Virus record (IMG/VR): IMGVR_UViG_3300011223_000002
Coordinates: 124,001 to 188,000 of that record
DNA length: 64,000 nt
Strand: one strand, 5' to 3'
Source of the DNA: an uncultured virus (IMG/VR IMGVR_UViG_3300011223_000002)
Lineage: Duplodnaviria; Heunggongvirae; Uroviricota; Caudoviricetes
The position numbers and the translations under genes were made by a program. Shown in pieces: positions 18,750-28,884 of the stretch. How positions within the stretch are numbered: position 1 is the first letter of the stretch; each line of letters begins with the position of its first letter. The notes beneath the pieces were generated by a model that was given only the letters and a program-made list of their open reading frames with translations, was not told the origin of the DNA and ran no database searches.

Positions 18750-21688
18750 AACCGCTCACTCAAAGCGAGTTGGAACTTCTGGCCAACAACCCGATCCGTG
18801 GATTCAACCGAATCGTTGACGAGATCGAGGCCAACTGGAATGACCAGAAAGTTACCCTCAACAGTAAATCACACCCTGCTGTCTTGATGATGGACCTCAT
18901 CCTCGGGACGTCGCACGGTTTCATCAACCAACTGCTGGACCTCAATAGCCGTAAGTTCCTTATGCACAGTCGTAATTTGGCTGAGCTGAGCATGAACATG
19001 GCAGACGATGAACGTTTCGGGATCTTTGCCAACCCTGCCGAATCGACCGCGCTGCTGGCTATTGATGTTGACACCTTCAACGACATCTCCGTAGAGCGTC
19101 AGATCACGGTTGGTCGCAACACGGTGACGTATAAAGAGCTGCTTGTTCCGAAAGACACGGTGCTGACCCTCGAGGGGTATGATTTCTGGATCGCTAACGG
19201 GATCATCATTCAACAGAATGAAAGCACCGGTTGGAAGGTGGTTTACGACGACACCACCAACAACCCATACATCCCGATCGCAGGTAACCTGTTGGAGCGT
19301 GACTATAAGGTCATGAACGGCCGGCGTTATCTGTTGATCTACATCCCTGTGAAACAGATCGGTTGCCAGGCGACGGAAAACATCACCGCGAACGAAGCAT
19401 CGGGTTGCCGTGGCGAGATCAGCTACAGGGATTATCTATACGGTGTACGGGCGTTCCACCAAAGTGCAGCCACGGGAGAACTCACCGAGATCCGTGTCTC
19501 GTACGACCAGGACGTGTTCGACCCTCTCACGGTAACGCTGGCAATCTCCATTGATTCCACCAACAAGAAGTTTGGGTACGAAATACCCGACGTCTATTTG
19601 GCGGAAGGCAATGGTCGGGGTCGCGGCATTCTGCGAATCTACACCTACACGACTAAAGGCGCACTCAGCAAAGACCTGACCTCGGTATCGCCCAGCAAGG
19701 TGGTATTGAACTATCAAGACTACCGCTACGGTGCCGGTACCTTGAATGAGTTCTCTGCACCCCTGCGTAACTCGGGCGGGATCGCGTGGCAGTTGGTAGC
19801 ACCGGTGGAAGGGGGTGAGAACCCAGTACCGTTCAATGAGATGAAGCAACGTGTGATCAGGGGCCGGCAGGCGAGGACTTTGCCTATCACGGAGAATAAC
19901 CTCATTGGTCGTGTGCAACAAATGGATTACAACCCGGTCAAGACCATTGACTACATGACCAAGCGTTCCTACGCACTGACCAAGGAACTGCCGATCCAGG
20001 ACAACAAGGGTTTCTTCTCGCCGATGGCGTGCTATATCGGTAGCCACTTAACGTCGGTTAATGAAATGGTCTTGAATGGCAACGTCTGGGATAACGGTGA
20101 TCGTGTCACCATTCCTCACAACGTGCTTTTCAACATCAACAACCCCACCAGTGTTCTGGTCAACAGTCTGACGTACAACCAGTATTTGGCCTACACGTCG
20201 GAGCAGCTGGTTGACCTGATGGAAAAGAACACCTTGGTGTATACCCCGTTCTATTATGTCATGGACATGACCAACCAGCAAATCACGTTGAGGACGTATC
20301 ACCTCGACGCGCCGTTGGTTAAGTACCAGACCTTCTTGCAGGAAAACCCGGCATTGACCCTTGAGGTAGGGGTAGGTGCGCTGAATATCGCGCACGAAGA
20401 CAATGGGTATCGAATCACGCTCGTGACCAAGTCCGGTCAGTCTTACCGTCAGTTGACCGACGCCACCCTCGGCATTCAGTTGTCAGTCGATCCGGTTGAT
20501 TCTGACTCGACAGCCAACCTGGCGGGTACGTTGGTAGGAGTGGACAGCGAAGGTGAGCGCATCTGGGAATTCTTCCTGGAAACCCGTTGGGATATCGACG
20601 TTGGGGATACCCTGTTCCTGACGAACCTCAACCAGTTTGGCCAAGCGCAGAAATCCACAGGGGTGCCACTGGACCTGGCCATGCACTTCATCTTTACACG
20701 GACTGGTGATAAAGAGGTTACCAAGTCGGAGTTGGATGCCTTGATTGATGACAGCATCTTCCGGGTAGAAATGGTGGGGATCATTGAGACGCGCTACCGA
20801 GTACAGCTTGGTAAGAAGCTCAAGAACCTCTACAGCCGCATTCGACCCCTCGTAGGGGAAGCGCAGTACAAACTCTACGAAGAAGATGTTCCCGAAGTCT
20901 ACCTCCAAACGGAGTACAAGCGGGTAGATGGACGACTGGTATTCGATGAGAAGACCGGGAAGCCCATTACGTTGCACAAGGAAGGCGATGTCAAGTACAA
21001 CAGTGACGGGACCCCTCGTTTGCTGTACCGCCGTGGGATTGACTATGTCGTTGAAAACGGTCAGTACGTGGTTATGGCTCCTCGCTATCTCCGCTACCAC
21101 TGGGACTTCATTGCGTTCGATGCGAACTACTTCTTCAGTCGGGATGACTATGACAAACAGTTTGCTCAAGAGACTAAAGATTTCTTCACCGTTAACGTAA
21201 CAGGTGACATGGAGAAGTTCTCTTCGGAAGCCATCGACATCACGTCACTGTACTTCCAACCTCGTAGCAAGCTGGGGTTCACGAATGTTGTGGTCAACGG
21301 TAACTTCGAAACGATTCTCAAGCAGGACATGCGAATCGTGGTTACCTTCTACTTGACGGAGTCGGGTTACCGTAATCCTAACCTACGGTCTGCGTTGGAA
21401 CGAACAACCCCGCGGAAGCTGAACGAGGCCTTGTTCAATAAGACCACGATCAGCGTCACTGAGCTGACCAACGCCGTGTTGAAAGATGTAGACCCTGCTG
21501 TAGTCACCGCTAAGCTCAGCGCCATGGCAGGAGATGTCACGGTGGATGTCATCAGTAACCTCGATGACTTGACCGGCTTCTGTATTGCCAAGATGCTCGA
21601 GCTCAGCTCGGATGGATTGGTTTCGGTACGTGAAGCAATCGACATCACCTTCCAGCCGCATGACATTCGCATGAAGACCGCGTTTTAA
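18746..21688 (+). CDS. Large baseplate structural protein (phiKZ gp87-like)
   Basis: 980 aa; ATGA-coupled to the upstream gene; IYTYTTKG and LVYTPFYYV motifs; synteny. Confidence 0.7.
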   Translation: MKPLTQSELELLANNPIRGFNRIVDEIEANWNDQKVTLNSKSHPAVLMMDLILGTSHGFINQLLDLNSRKFLMHSRNLAELSMNMADDERFGIFANPAESTALLAIDVDTFNDISVERQITVGRNTVTYKELLVPKDTVLTLEGYDFWIANGIIIQQNESTGWKVVYDDTTNNPYIPIAGNLLERDYKVMNGRRYLLIYIPVKQIGCQATENITANEASGCRGEISYRDYLYGVRAFHQSAATGELTEIRVSYDQDVFDPLTVTLAISIDSTNKKFGYEIPDVYLAEGNGRGRGILRIYTYTTKGALSKDLTSVSPSKVVLNYQDYRYGAGTLNEFSAPLRNSGGIAWQLVAPVEGGENPVPFNEMKQRVIRGRQARTLPITENNLIGRVQQMDYNPVKTIDYMTKRSYALTKELPIQDNKGFFSPMACYIGSHLTSVNEMVLNGNVWDNGDRVTIPHNVLFNINNPTSVLVNSLTYNQYLAYTSEQLVDLMEKNTLVYTPFYYVMDMTNQQITLRTYHLDAPLVKYQTFLQENPALTLEVGVGALNIAHEDNGYRITLVTKSGQSYRQLTDATLGIQLSVDPVDSDSTANLAGTLVGVDSEGERIWEFFLETRWDIDVGDTLFLTNLNQFGQAQKSTGVPLDLAMHFIFTRTGDKEVTKSELDALIDDSIFRVEMVGIIETRYRVQLGKKLKNLYSRIRPLVGEAQYKLYEEDVPEVYLQTEYKRVDGRLVFDEKTGKPITLHKEGDVKYNSDGTPRLLYRRGIDYVVENGQYVVMAPRYLRYHWDFIAFDANYFFSRDDYDKQFAQETKDFFTVNVTGDMEKFSSEAIDITSLYFQPRSKLGFTNVVVNGNFETILKQDMRIVVTFYLTESGYRNPNLRSALERTTPRKLNEALFNKTTISVTELTNAVLKDVDPAVVTAKLSAMAGDVTVDVISNLDDLTGFCIAKMLELSSDGLVSVREAIDITFQPHDIRMKTAF

Positions 21689-21698
21689 AGCAGCATAG

Positions 21699-21733
21699 CC
21701 CCTACCCCCTGGCGCAATGCCAGGGGGTAGGGG
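21699..21733. terminator. Hairpin between convergent genes
   Basis: 15-bp stem CCCCTACCCCCTGGC/GCCAGGGGGTAGGGG with loop GCAAT. Confidence 0.7.
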
Positions 21734-21742
21734 TATTCATGC

Positions 21743-22477
21743 TCAGCTTGGATCGCCTTCAGTAGCTGGAGGATTTACGGGCATGTCCAGGTACTCCAGG
21801 AACAGCTCGCAAACCTTCAGACGGACCAGGATTTGGTCTGCGTAATACTCAACGCCATCCAGCGTCTTGTTTTGCAGACCTTCTTCGCCGTCTTCGAAGT
21901 AACGCAGGACAAACTTCAACAGGTCATCCAGTTTGCCACGGTAATCCTCCATGAAGAGGTAATCACCGTTTTCGACCGAGCGCGCTTCCTGCGTCAGTTC
22001 GGTCCAGGCCTTCACATTATCCGCCAACAGTGCTCCACGCCCCTCGAACCAGCCGTCTTCCATGTAGTTGACGAAACGAGCCGGTTCTTTACGGAACGCC
22101 TGGAAGGCGGCCAGTGCGATCGGATCGTTGAGGTCTGCCTGGTTCAACACCTTCAGCTTCTCTTCAATGAGTGGGGCGATTTGTGGGATCGCTTGCTCAA
22201 AGAACTCCTTGCTGATCAAGAACTGCAAACCCTCACCCAGTTGACGAGAGAAACGCGCGCACAGGATCATGTCAGCATTGCGGGAAGGGAAGGCCGAAGA
22301 CAGCATCAACTTCATCTTGGCACCCTCACGGGCAGGCCAGTACTTGTCGATAATGTCGTAAGCTTTCAGGATGGTCACCCCTTCCGACAATTGTTGACGT
22401 ACGGCAACCCCTGCTGCCCGCAGGAACTCAGCTTGCTCGAACGCCTTACCCAGCAACTCTTTCAGTTCAGCATTCAT
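21743..22477 (-). CDS. Hypothetical (probable virion) protein
   Basis: 244-aa helical ORF coupled to the upstream gene. Confidence 0.55.
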   Translation of the reverse strand: MNAELKELLGKAFEQAEFLRAAGVAVRQQLSEGVTILKAYDIIDKYWPAREGAKMKLMLSSAFPSRNADMILCARFSRQLGEGLQFLISKEFFEQAIPQIAPLIEEKLKVLNQADLNDPIALAAFQAFRKEPARFVNYMEDGWFEGRGALLADNVKAWTELTQEARSVENGDYLFMEDYRGKLDDLLKFVLRYFEDGEEGLQNKTLDGVEYYADQILVRLKVCELFLEYLDMPVNPPATEGDPS

Positions 22478-23988
22478 ATCGTCCGTCCTACCCCGGTCTG
22501 TTTAACCAGGTTGTTGTAACGTTTCTTCAGGTCAGCGATGTCGTTGACAATCACTGTGTTCGCCGTGAGACTGAACTTCTCCATGAAGGTCTTGACATCG
22601 GCCTCTGGGATGAAGTCCATGGCGTACGTAGGGTTGCCTTGTGCATCAGCGACCGGATGGTGACCCTCAGCACGCGCCGCCTGGTTGATCTCGATCAACT
22701 TGTCGAAATTGTCGAGTAGACCATGGTAATACCACAGGTGTGTGCGGTTGTACCAGTTAACCAGATGGGTGATCTGATGATGGGTACGGAGCAACTGCCG
22801 GGAAGTCAATTGACAGAAATCACTGAACGCCCGAGTAGATTGCGCCACCGCCGTGTAGGCCTCAACGGCGCCTTTGCTACCGTAGTACTGACCGATGTCC
22901 TGCACCTTGCTGGCGTCATCCTTATCGATCACGTCGCCGAGCGCACGGATGTTGATCCGGGACATGTCGACGCTGTTATCGCTCAAGTTGGCGTACTGGC
23001 TGTTGAGGTACTGGATGTTGGTCATCACCGCGGCCACAGGCACTTGACCTACTTGAACGGCGTGATTCGTGATCTGCTCATCCAGCTGGGTCCGGAGCTG
23101 ATTGAAACCATCGCCCAGGGCCTCGTTCTTGAACTCAATCTTGTACATCGATTGCAGCAGCTTGCTGATCTCGTTGCGCAGATTTTCAGTATCCAGTGTA
23201 ACCAAGACGTCGGCACAGGCTTTCTGGATGCGGTTGACCTCGGGCGAGTCAGCGGCTTGCAGAGGTTCGCCCAGGTGCTTACGTGCGCGAGTCTTGTTAT
23301 ACTCTTCACGAATGGTACGCGACATGTTGTCCCGTGCCCGCGCGACCTTGTTCGAGGCTTCGGTCAACTTACCGATCACTTGCTGGAACAGCGGCAGGCC
23401 AGATGCCAGGTTTTTGATCGACTCTTCGTCGGTCTCGAACTTGGAGCGCATGATCATCAATTGACCCAGGCGGTCCGTGGCATCCGGGAATTTGCCGATG
23501 AAGGTTTCCAGGTTGTATTCCGCTGCTGGGAAGCCCAGACCTTTCAACACCACCCTGAACTCCTCCCGCAGGTTCTCGAAGGAATCGTTGATTGCCTTGT
23601 TGATCCGTGGGGATTTCTTGAAGCCGAGGATACCTTTAACAGTATCGATTACCCAAGAGAGGGCCATGCGAATGTACTTGATGACATTCTCAATCCCTTT
23701 CTTGAATCCCTCGACCAAGGTGGTCACGAAACTTTCAGCGCCCATCACGGCGTTGCGTTCCGACGGGAAGGGGTCCATTTGGCGTGCGTTTGGCAGACCC
23801 ATCTGAATGGCCAGTGAACGGGACAGCTTGCCCAGGCTAATGCTCTCGGCGCCCTGTACCATAGCGAGTGCCTGACCCTGCTGGGTATCGACGTAGACTT
23901 CGTTCAGGTCGATGAGCTGGTTGTCTTCGGACTCACCCGTGAAGGGCGGTTTGCTGAGTTCGAAGTTGGGGTTCTGGGAATCACTCAT
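22474..23988 (-). CDS. Putative inner-head protein (processed)
   Basis: QGAES and MGAES sites, then FVTTLVEGFKKGIENVIKYIRMALSW; start MSDSQ with GGAG SD. Confidence 0.6.
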   Translation of the reverse strand: MSDSQNPNFELSKPPFTGESEDNQLIDLNEVYVDTQQGQALAMVQGAESISLGKLSRSLAIQMGLPNARQMDPFPSERNAVMGAESFVTTLVEGFKKGIENVIKYIRMALSWVIDTVKGILGFKKSPRINKAINDSFENLREEFRVVLKGLGFPAAEYNLETFIGKFPDATDRLGQLMIMRSKFETDEESIKNLASGLPLFQQVIGKLTEASNKVARARDNMSRTIREEYNKTRARKHLGEPLQAADSPEVNRIQKACADVLVTLDTENLRNEISKLLQSMYKIEFKNEALGDGFNQLRTQLDEQITNHAVQVGQVPVAAVMTNIQYLNSQYANLSDNSVDMSRINIRALGDVIDKDDASKVQDIGQYYGSKGAVEAYTAVAQSTRAFSDFCQLTSRQLLRTHHQITHLVNWYNRTHLWYYHGLLDNFDKLIEINQAARAEGHHPVADAQGNPTYAMDFIPEADVKTFMEKFSLTANTVIVNDIADLKKRYNNLVKQTGVGRTI

Positions 23989-24415
23989 GGCCACTCCCCA
24001 TCTCGTTGCACAGTTTCGACACAAGTGCAATGAACTCCTCGTTGTCGGTCACATCGACCTGGGCAGGCGCGACTTCAGGGCTCGTCGGGATCTCGGCCAT
24101 GAGCTTGTACTCCAGGTCGCCCGAAGCAACACCCTTGTTGATCAGGCGGTTGCGGACCTGGCGCAGACGCATCTTGACGGTGTTGAGGATGAGGGCTGCT
24201 TGGATTGGAGAAACGCTGTTCCACTTGTCCAGCTGGACCCACAGACGTTCTTCTTCTTCCTGACCAATGCTCAGGGAATCATGGGACATGCAGTGACGTT
24301 TGATCACCGCACGGATGTACGCTTCCTGGCAGAAGGCGCTTTGCTTTTCAGCACACTTCACACCCAGTTCGGTCAGTTTTTCACGGTATTTCAGAATAGC
24401 GGCGAGATGCGACAT
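23981..24415 (-). CDS. Hypothetical protein
   Basis: 144 aa with AGGAG SD. Confidence 0.55.
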   Translation of the reverse strand: MSHLAAILKYREKLTELGVKCAEKQSAFCQEAYIRAVIKRHCMSHDSLSIGQEEEERLWVQLDKWNSVSPIQAALILNTVKMRLRQVRNRLINKGVASGDLEYKLMAEIPTSPEVAPAQVDVTDNEEFIALVSKLCNEMGSGHE

Positions 24416-24426
24416 GGGGAGACTCC

Positions 24427-25803
24427 TTAGGTAAGCGACGTGACCTGCGCAGCGAGGACACTCAGTTCATGGTTGTTCAGTGCTTGGGTGTGATGTTCGA
24501 TTTCCTTGCGGGAGAAATCGGTCGGGGAGAACACCCACCCCATCGAGCGGTAGATCACGGTATTTTCATACCAAGGCTTCAACTTATGTAGCCCGTCGAG
24601 CAATTTGACGAGGTAATCGACCAGGTCATTACGTTCCTTGCCCGGCATGTCTTTCATCGTCTTTAGCTTGGCAATGAGCTGGCGCACCGCATCTTCCATG
24701 CGGCGATGGTTACCGTTATAGTCGCCGGCATATTCTGGGCTGAAGTACCCATAAACTGCGCCAAGGAAGAAGCCCAGTGCAACAGACCCTACCAAGAAGC
24801 CAACGACGCCAGTGGAAACAATCCCATACCCTACCAGGAACATCGCACCCAGTCCCATACGGAACGCGCCAACGCAACCCATGACCAGGGTTTCGAAGTT
24901 GGTGCGGATCACACCGCGGTCCACAAGGCTACCAATTCCAGCGACGATACCTCGACTGCACCCCATGCGGATGGAGTACATGTCAGCGACCACTTCACTG
25001 GTCATCCGGCTCACACCAACAGACAAGGCACGTTGGGTGTTGCGTTGATTGAGAAGCTTCGTGAAGAAGAGCATGAACTGTTCATCATCGCCGTTGTCAG
25101 CGAACGCTTTGAGCTCTTCGACTTTGCCCGGTTTCATGTCCAGCAACGTTGCTGTGTCTTTCAACACCACAACACGCTCTTCTGAACGCGGTGCTTTACG
25201 GTAGCATTCGAGCGCCGTGCGCCCCACCAGGTTGTCACGCATGGTCGTGGCCAGCATCATGCAGCCAGAGAACACGTGCCCCAGTTCATGGACAATGCAC
25301 CCGGCAAGCGCCTCAGGCAGCGAGGAACCCCATTTCTTTACCAGGTCAGCGGTCAGGTACGCGCTGATGTTGGTGTTGATCCCCATCTCTATGGGCAGCG
25401 TACAGAATGAACCGGTTACCCGGCCCGTCTTGTAATCAATACCACCCTTGAAGACCTTTTCTTCATGTTCTTCAAACCAGCGATAGAGAGTGCTCTGAGT
25501 CGGCTGGAGGAGAATATCCGCCATGGGATTGTTCAACACATGGTTCGGTGAGAAGTAACCCGTGTTGACGTAGAGGTTACCTGAGCTCATGAAGTTCAGG
25601 CTGATGTTGGAGAAGCCGGTGTATTCAGCGATCACCTTGAGCAGTGATTCTTGGCAACTGTTGGACAGCTCGCCATGCTTACCCTCTACTCTGATGTGCT
25701 CCGCCAAAACCGAAGTGAGTTTAGTGGAAAACTCCTCCGATTGGAAATCGATAAATTCGAGTCCTGCCACGTGACGTTTGGCCAGGAAGTCAATGGAAAT
25801 CAT
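24427..25803 (-). CDS. Virion protein with M48-like metallopeptidase motifs and hydrophobic helices (phiKZ gp84-like)
   Basis: AGLE site before FIDFQ; CIVHELGHVF; SEVVADMYS; long Gly-rich hydrophobic segment. Confidence 0.65.
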   Translation of the reverse strand: MISIDFLAKRHVAGLEFIDFQSEEFSTKLTSVLAEHIRVEGKHGELSNSCQESLLKVIAEYTGFSNISLNFMSSGNLYVNTGYFSPNHVLNNPMADILLQPTQSTLYRWFEEHEEKVFKGGIDYKTGRVTGSFCTLPIEMGINTNISAYLTADLVKKWGSSLPEALAGCIVHELGHVFSGCMMLATTMRDNLVGRTALECYRKAPRSEERVVVLKDTATLLDMKPGKVEELKAFADNGDDEQFMLFFTKLLNQRNTQRALSVGVSRMTSEVVADMYSIRMGCSRGIVAGIGSLVDRGVIRTNFETLVMGCVGAFRMGLGAMFLVGYGIVSTGVVGFLVGSVALGFFLGAVYGYFSPEYAGDYNGNHRRMEDAVRQLIAKLKTMKDMPGKERNDLVDYLVKLLDGLHKLKPWYENTVIYRSMGWVFSPTDFSRKEIEHHTQALNNHELSVLAAQVTSLT

Positions 25804-25864
25804 GAGCGTTTTGCTCCTACAGTTTTTAGTGACTTATGACCCTATTGTTATAGCGTCTAAGCAA

Positions 25865-25876
25865 GCATAAAATGCC
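25865..25876 (-). promoter_or_regulatory. Candidate late promoter (TATG) upstream of the gp84-like operon
   Basis: GGCATTTTATGC, identical to the copy at 29560-29571; the phiKZ late consensus is TATG. Confidence 0.45.
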
Positions 25877-25887
25877 AGGACTAGGGA

Positions 25888-27702
25888 ATGACAGAGAACA
25901 CTTCACCTATTATTGCAAAAGTCTGCAAGCACGCAGGCTATTCAGTTAGTTCCGTTCGTCGCGGTAATGATTTGACTTGTGTAAAGATCACCAACATTCA
26001 CGCCGACGATACTCGCAGTAATTCATTCATTGCGATCGAGAACTATAAACAACCCATCTGGATTATTAAAGAAGGTCGTCGTCACTTTAAGCAACCCAAG
26101 GATTACATCGAGGAATCCATGTGCCGGGAGTATAAACTCCCCCGTGCTCAGATTCCCTATCAGGTCAAGAAGCAGTTGTTTGGCGTCAGTGATTACAAAG
26201 CCACCATGCGGGATGCCAAGTCCAGTGTTTACGTCTTTGGCCTTGACCAGACTCCACCGGTGCACATCAAGCATGCCTTCTTCAAGAAGTACGGTGAGTA
26301 CCAGGAAAAGGAGCCCTATACCGTAGCGTCGTATGACGTTGAAGCGGACATGGACTGGCCACGTGACGAAGACCGTCCGATGATCATGGCTGCTTTGACC
26401 ATGAAGGATAAGGTCTACTTTGCAGCAGTCCGGAAGTGGTACGGTGGCGACAGTGACGAACAGATCTTGGCCAAACTTGAAGAAGCCAAGCTCAAGTACC
26501 TCAAGGACACCATTGACGCCCGCAACATTACCATTACCTACAGTCTTGTTGATACCCCCGGCCAAGTGGCCAAGTGCATGCTGGATAAGATGCACGAATG
26601 GGAACCGGATTGGGTGGTTAGCTGGAACGCCGAGTATGACATGCAGGCGACTGAACGCGCTCTTTCTAACGAAGGGTACGATTTGGCAGACTGCTACTCA
26701 GATCCACGGATTCCAAAAGAGTTCCGCTACTACAAACTCGACCCAGGTCGTACGCACAAGGTTAAGGAAGACGGTAGCTCTTCAGCACTGGATCCGCAGG
26801 AGAAGTGGCCCACTATTCGCACCATGGCAACGTGGCAGTGGTGTGATGCCATGTCCTTCTTCTGCATCAAGCGTCAGCCAACTGAAGGCAAGCTGCCTGA
26901 TATCTCATTGGAAGGTTGTGCCAAGCATGCTGGGGTAGAAGGTAAGCTCTATACCGAGGAGGGTAAACACCTCTTGCCCGGTAGCCCACAGTGGCACCGT
27001 TACATGCAGCACAATTACAAGTACCTGTACTCGATGTACTGCGTTCAGGATAACATTGTTATTGAGCTTATTAACGAAGCCACTCACGACTTTACCTTAT
27101 CTTTACCCATGTTGTTAAAGTACTCTGAATTCTTTAACTACCAGTCGCAGCCCAAGATCATTTCTGACGTACTGAGTTTCCATGCACGGGAACTTAAATA
27201 TGTTTGGGGTAGTACACCGTCGATTCGTGACAAGACCTTTACCAGTCGTCTGCCTGCACTGAAGAACTGGATCGCTCTGCTCGATACTGAGAAGAACGCG
27301 GATGTGGGCAAAGCGCTGTTTGAAGGGCTGGATGACGTTATCAGTACGGGCCGTAGTGACTCGTCCGACATTGACGTTGAGGGTGCTTATCCGCACGCAG
27401 GTCTCTGCCTGAACAGCAGTAACAAGACCACACAGATGGAGGTGTACAAGATCCAAGGTGCGGATGACATGAAGTTCCGGGAGATTGCAGTGAACTACGC
27501 CAGTAGCCCAACGGCCAACGCCATGGGTCTGTGCGAAGATCTGTTCCATTTCCCGAGTCCGGCCAAACTGCAAGAGGTCTTTGAAGCCCTCATGATCGAG
27601 AAAGGTCGTGAAGCAGAGTTGGAAGAGATCAAAGCCAGTAAAGTTCCACGCCAACCTCGTCTGAACCAATCTAAACCTGTTCCGCTGCAACGCGCGGCAT
27701 AA
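25888..27702 (+). CDS. Family B DNA polymerase, 3'-5' exonuclease/N-terminal subunit (phiKZ gp82-like)
   Basis: ExoI SYDVEAD, ExoII SWNAEYD, ExoIII YCVQD, and a motif-A-like DIDVEGAYP near the C-terminus. Confidence 0.8.
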   Translation: MTENTSPIIAKVCKHAGYSVSSVRRGNDLTCVKITNIHADDTRSNSFIAIENYKQPIWIIKEGRRHFKQPKDYIEESMCREYKLPRAQIPYQVKKQLFGVSDYKATMRDAKSSVYVFGLDQTPPVHIKHAFFKKYGEYQEKEPYTVASYDVEADMDWPRDEDRPMIMAALTMKDKVYFAAVRKWYGGDSDEQILAKLEEAKLKYLKDTIDARNITITYSLVDTPGQVAKCMLDKMHEWEPDWVVSWNAEYDMQATERALSNEGYDLADCYSDPRIPKEFRYYKLDPGRTHKVKEDGSSSALDPQEKWPTIRTMATWQWCDAMSFFCIKRQPTEGKLPDISLEGCAKHAGVEGKLYTEEGKHLLPGSPQWHRYMQHNYKYLYSMYCVQDNIVIELINEATHDFTLSLPMLLKYSEFFNYQSQPKIISDVLSFHARELKYVWGSTPSIRDKTFTSRLPALKNWIALLDTEKNADVGKALFEGLDDVISTGRSDSSDIDVEGAYPHAGLCLNSSNKTTQMEVYKIQGADDMKFREIAVNYASSPTANAMGLCEDLFHFPSPAKLQEVFEALMIEKGREAELEEIKASKVPRQPRLNQSKPVPLQRAA

Positions 27703-27711
27703 TAGAACCTA

Positions 27712-27747
27712 CTCCCCTCCCTACCCCAACAAGGGTAGGGAGGGGAG
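27712..27747. terminator. Hairpin between convergent genes
   Basis: About 15-bp stem CTCCCCTCCCTACCC/GGGTAGGGAGGGGAG. Confidence 0.7.
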
Positions 27748-27767
27748 AGGTAAGGTCTTTACTTCAA

Positions 27768-28856
27768 TTACTTCTGTCCGAACAGGCTCAGGCCCAACTT
27801 CGCGGCTGAGGTTACGCCGTCGTAGAAGTTACCGGCCAACTGCGCTACACGAGTAGTACAGGTCAGCACGACACGGAGCTGCTCCAGCACCACCTTTTGA
27901 TCTTCGTCGGAGGCTTGCCGCGGGTTGGCGATGAATTGACCGACCTTTTCGATGCGCTTCTTCAGGTAGGCTTCTTCAGTCCCCAGTTCTTGGGACGACT
28001 TACGGAAAGCCTCGATCTGCACAGTGAGCTTGTTGAGCCCAGAGATCAATGCATCAGGATCGTCCATAACTGGGATGGTCTTCAGGCTATCCCGGACCCC
28101 ACGGAAGTCGCGGAAGCTATCCTCCAGGTTCATGACCAACGGCCCGCCCAGAACATCCTTACTGACCTTGTCGATCGCCTGGCCGAGTACGTCCATTGCA
28201 GCGTCAGCATTGTCGACGAGCTGTGCGATCTTGGCCTGCAGCTTCTTCTTAGTGCGGGTAGACGCCTTGGCAAAGCGACGAGCTTCTTTGCTCAAGATTT
28301 GTTTCTTCTCTGCCTGAGGTTTACTGGCAACCTCTTCCAACTCTACAGAGATTTCATGCAGTTCTTTTTTGGCGGCCTCGTTGTTTTCCTCGGTGGCCGC
28401 GGCGATTTCCGACTGAACGGAATGCTTCAGGTCAGCAATACGCTTATCGGTTTCCGCCTCGGTGCTACCACCCGCCTTAACAGCGGCGATCTGCTGAGTG
28501 ACGACCTTGACCTCTTCCTTGGCGTCGTCGGACTTCTTCTTGTTGTCACGTTTGAAGAAGAACGCCCAGAGTTGTTTGAACATACGAACGACGTATTCAT
28601 ATGCCTTCTTGACACCATCAGCGACGGTCGCAAGGAAACCTTCGTTACCACTGACGCGGGTCAGCGAAAAGGCACCACTGGCAGCCAGAGCGCCCTGCAG
28701 GTAACGCTGGGCAGAGGTCAGTGATTCAACGCCCGCTACCCCGCGGTTAATCTGATCCACAGTGTCGACCAAACCTTGCATGGTGTCTTCGACGTGAGAG
28801 GCTTCTGGTACCGCATAACCAATGCCGTCTTCCTCGGTAAGAATGATGTCTTCCAT
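27768..28856 (-). CDS. Putative inner-head protein (processed)
   Basis: AGVES and SGNEG sites, then FLATVADGVKKAYEYVVRMFKQLWAFFF. Confidence 0.65.
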   Translation of the reverse strand: MEDIILTEEDGIGYAVPEASHVEDTMQGLVDTVDQINRGVAGVESLTSAQRYLQGALAASGAFSLTRVSGNEGFLATVADGVKKAYEYVVRMFKQLWAFFFKRDNKKKSDDAKEEVKVVTQQIAAVKAGGSTEAETDKRIADLKHSVQSEIAAATEENNEAAKKELHEISVELEEVASKPQAEKKQILSKEARRFAKASTRTKKKLQAKIAQLVDNADAAMDVLGQAIDKVSKDVLGGPLVMNLEDSFRDFRGVRDSLKTIPVMDDPDALISGLNKLTVQIEAFRKSSQELGTEEAYLKKRIEKVGQFIANPRQASDEDQKVVLEQLRVVLTCTTRVAQLAGNFYDGVTSAAKLGLSLFGQK

Positions 28857-28884
28857 TGTTTTCTCTTTCTGTCAGTTGACGAAC

